Below are positions 62,927 to 64,000 of a stretch of DNA of 64,000 nt, in pieces; position 1 is the first letter of the stretch; each line of letters starts with the position of its first letter. This DNA is from Lingula anatina (Eukaryota; Animalia; Brachiopoda), in assembly GCA_051362555.1 (NCBI GenBank), contig CM120646.1, positions 21,762,001 through 21,826,000 on the forward strand, in the 5' to 3' direction. The notes beneath the pieces were generated by a model that worked only from the letters and a program-made list of their open reading frames with translations, had not been told where the DNA came from and did not search any database. The position numbers were made by a program, and so were the translations under genes.

Positions 62927-64000
62927 TTTTTATGTACAGACACATGTGTCTGTACATAAAGCTGTTACCTGCGTCTGCTGACACCTTGCACTTTCACCAA
63001 CATGGGCGTAACTAGGCATACGCACGGATGCACTGTGCGTACAATTTTTTGGCCAACCATGATATTATTTTATATAAATTTATTGTATTTTTCACGGAAT
63101 ATAAAAGAAAAGCCTCTGCTTATTAAAGTCACCTGTATGTACAAATCCTCTGTATCAATTGTATAGGCACAATTGTTCTGACTCCCCCCCCCCCCCCCCC
63201 CCCCGCCCCCCCCGTTCTGGGTAATAAGAATATTGGAACTTTTTTAACTGCGAGAATATTTCTGACTAAATGATGATTTTATTAATGGAAATTAAGCTGC
63301 GATGTGTGGTACATATGCTGTAATTACGCTGTCCTTCATCTCTTGCGTTAGTCTACATTTTGCTGGGAATTTTAAAAATCTGTGCGTACAATTTTTAAAG
63401 GTCTGGTTACGCCCCTGACCAATAACACAATTAGTGGAAAACCATTTTACCTTTTGGCTTTAAACTAACAGGACTGATAAATATTCATTATATGCAGGCC
63501 AAGCTCGAAAATCAGCATGATCAGGCCATTTTTATGGAAGTTATGCTGTTTTTTCACTTTTTTAGCATATGTGCAAAACCCATAACACGATAAGTGAAAA
63601 ACTGTTTTACCTTTTGGCTTGAAACTTATAGTACAGAACTGATGAGTATTCATAATACGCAGGTCAAGTTCGAAAGTTTTGGTGAAGATATGCCTTTTTT
63701 TTTTTTTTTTTTTTTTTGTAAAAGTTTTTTTTTCCTCAGATTTAATTCTAAGGCATGTTAACAATCTCACTTTTGAACTAATTAGATATATAAAGGTATT
63801 CTTTTGACATTTTCTGCATCATAACAATATTGTAAGTTGATTATATAAAAATGATTAGTAAACCTGTTATTGTATATTTTGTAATAAAGTGTCAAAATGG
63901 AAATAAACTCATATCTTTACAGTTTGTCAGATGTTCAGAATCTCAGAATGGAGCAAATTGGACATTTAAAATTGTTCTATTGATATTTTTCCTATGTCAA
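62927..64000 (+). mobile_element. Older HINE-1 copy running off the window end
   Basis: TTTTTATGTACAGACACATGTGTCTGTACAT start, followed by degenerate 161-bp units. Confidence 0.75.
63001..63417. mobile_element. hAT5-like MITE with 5-bp TSD ACCAA inserted in HINE-1
   Basis: CATGGGCGTAACTAG ... CTGGTTACGCCCCTG; ACCAA at 62996-63000 and 63418-63422. Confidence 0.8.

Overview
AT-rich animal genomic DNA (repeat style suggests a marine invertebrate; the species cannot be identified from this window), dominated by transposable elements. It contains three BEL/Pao LTR retrotransposons, all internally deleted for integrase: family A at 1-5333 (+), and family B at 11248-14038 (-) and 45789-50845 (+). 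The last has both LTRs, a PBS, a PPT and a CCTGT target-site duplication. Much of 7.6-37.4 kb and 52-57.6 kb is non-autonomous Helentron-type (HINE/DINE-like) elements carrying 337-, 161- and 146-bp satellite arrays, including a 17.5-kb self-nested stack. There are also Kolobok-type (TTAA), 5-bp-TSD hAT-like, TA-TSD and CACTA-type DNA elements and a solo LTR. One host gene is supported: a 4-exon, ~273-aa type I membrane protein (signal peptide, IgV, atypical Ig C2, TM, 7-aa tail) at 39036-51968, whose 11.5-kb third intron is almost wholly a multi-layer TE nest. The most unusual observation is a 64-bp repeat in the family B LTRs that is essentially open in all three frames and present at 3, 5 and 10 copies. 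Copy number mod 3 decides whether an LTR-initiated ORF runs in frame into Gag. Coordinates were counted by eye; fuzzy ends may be off by a few bases.
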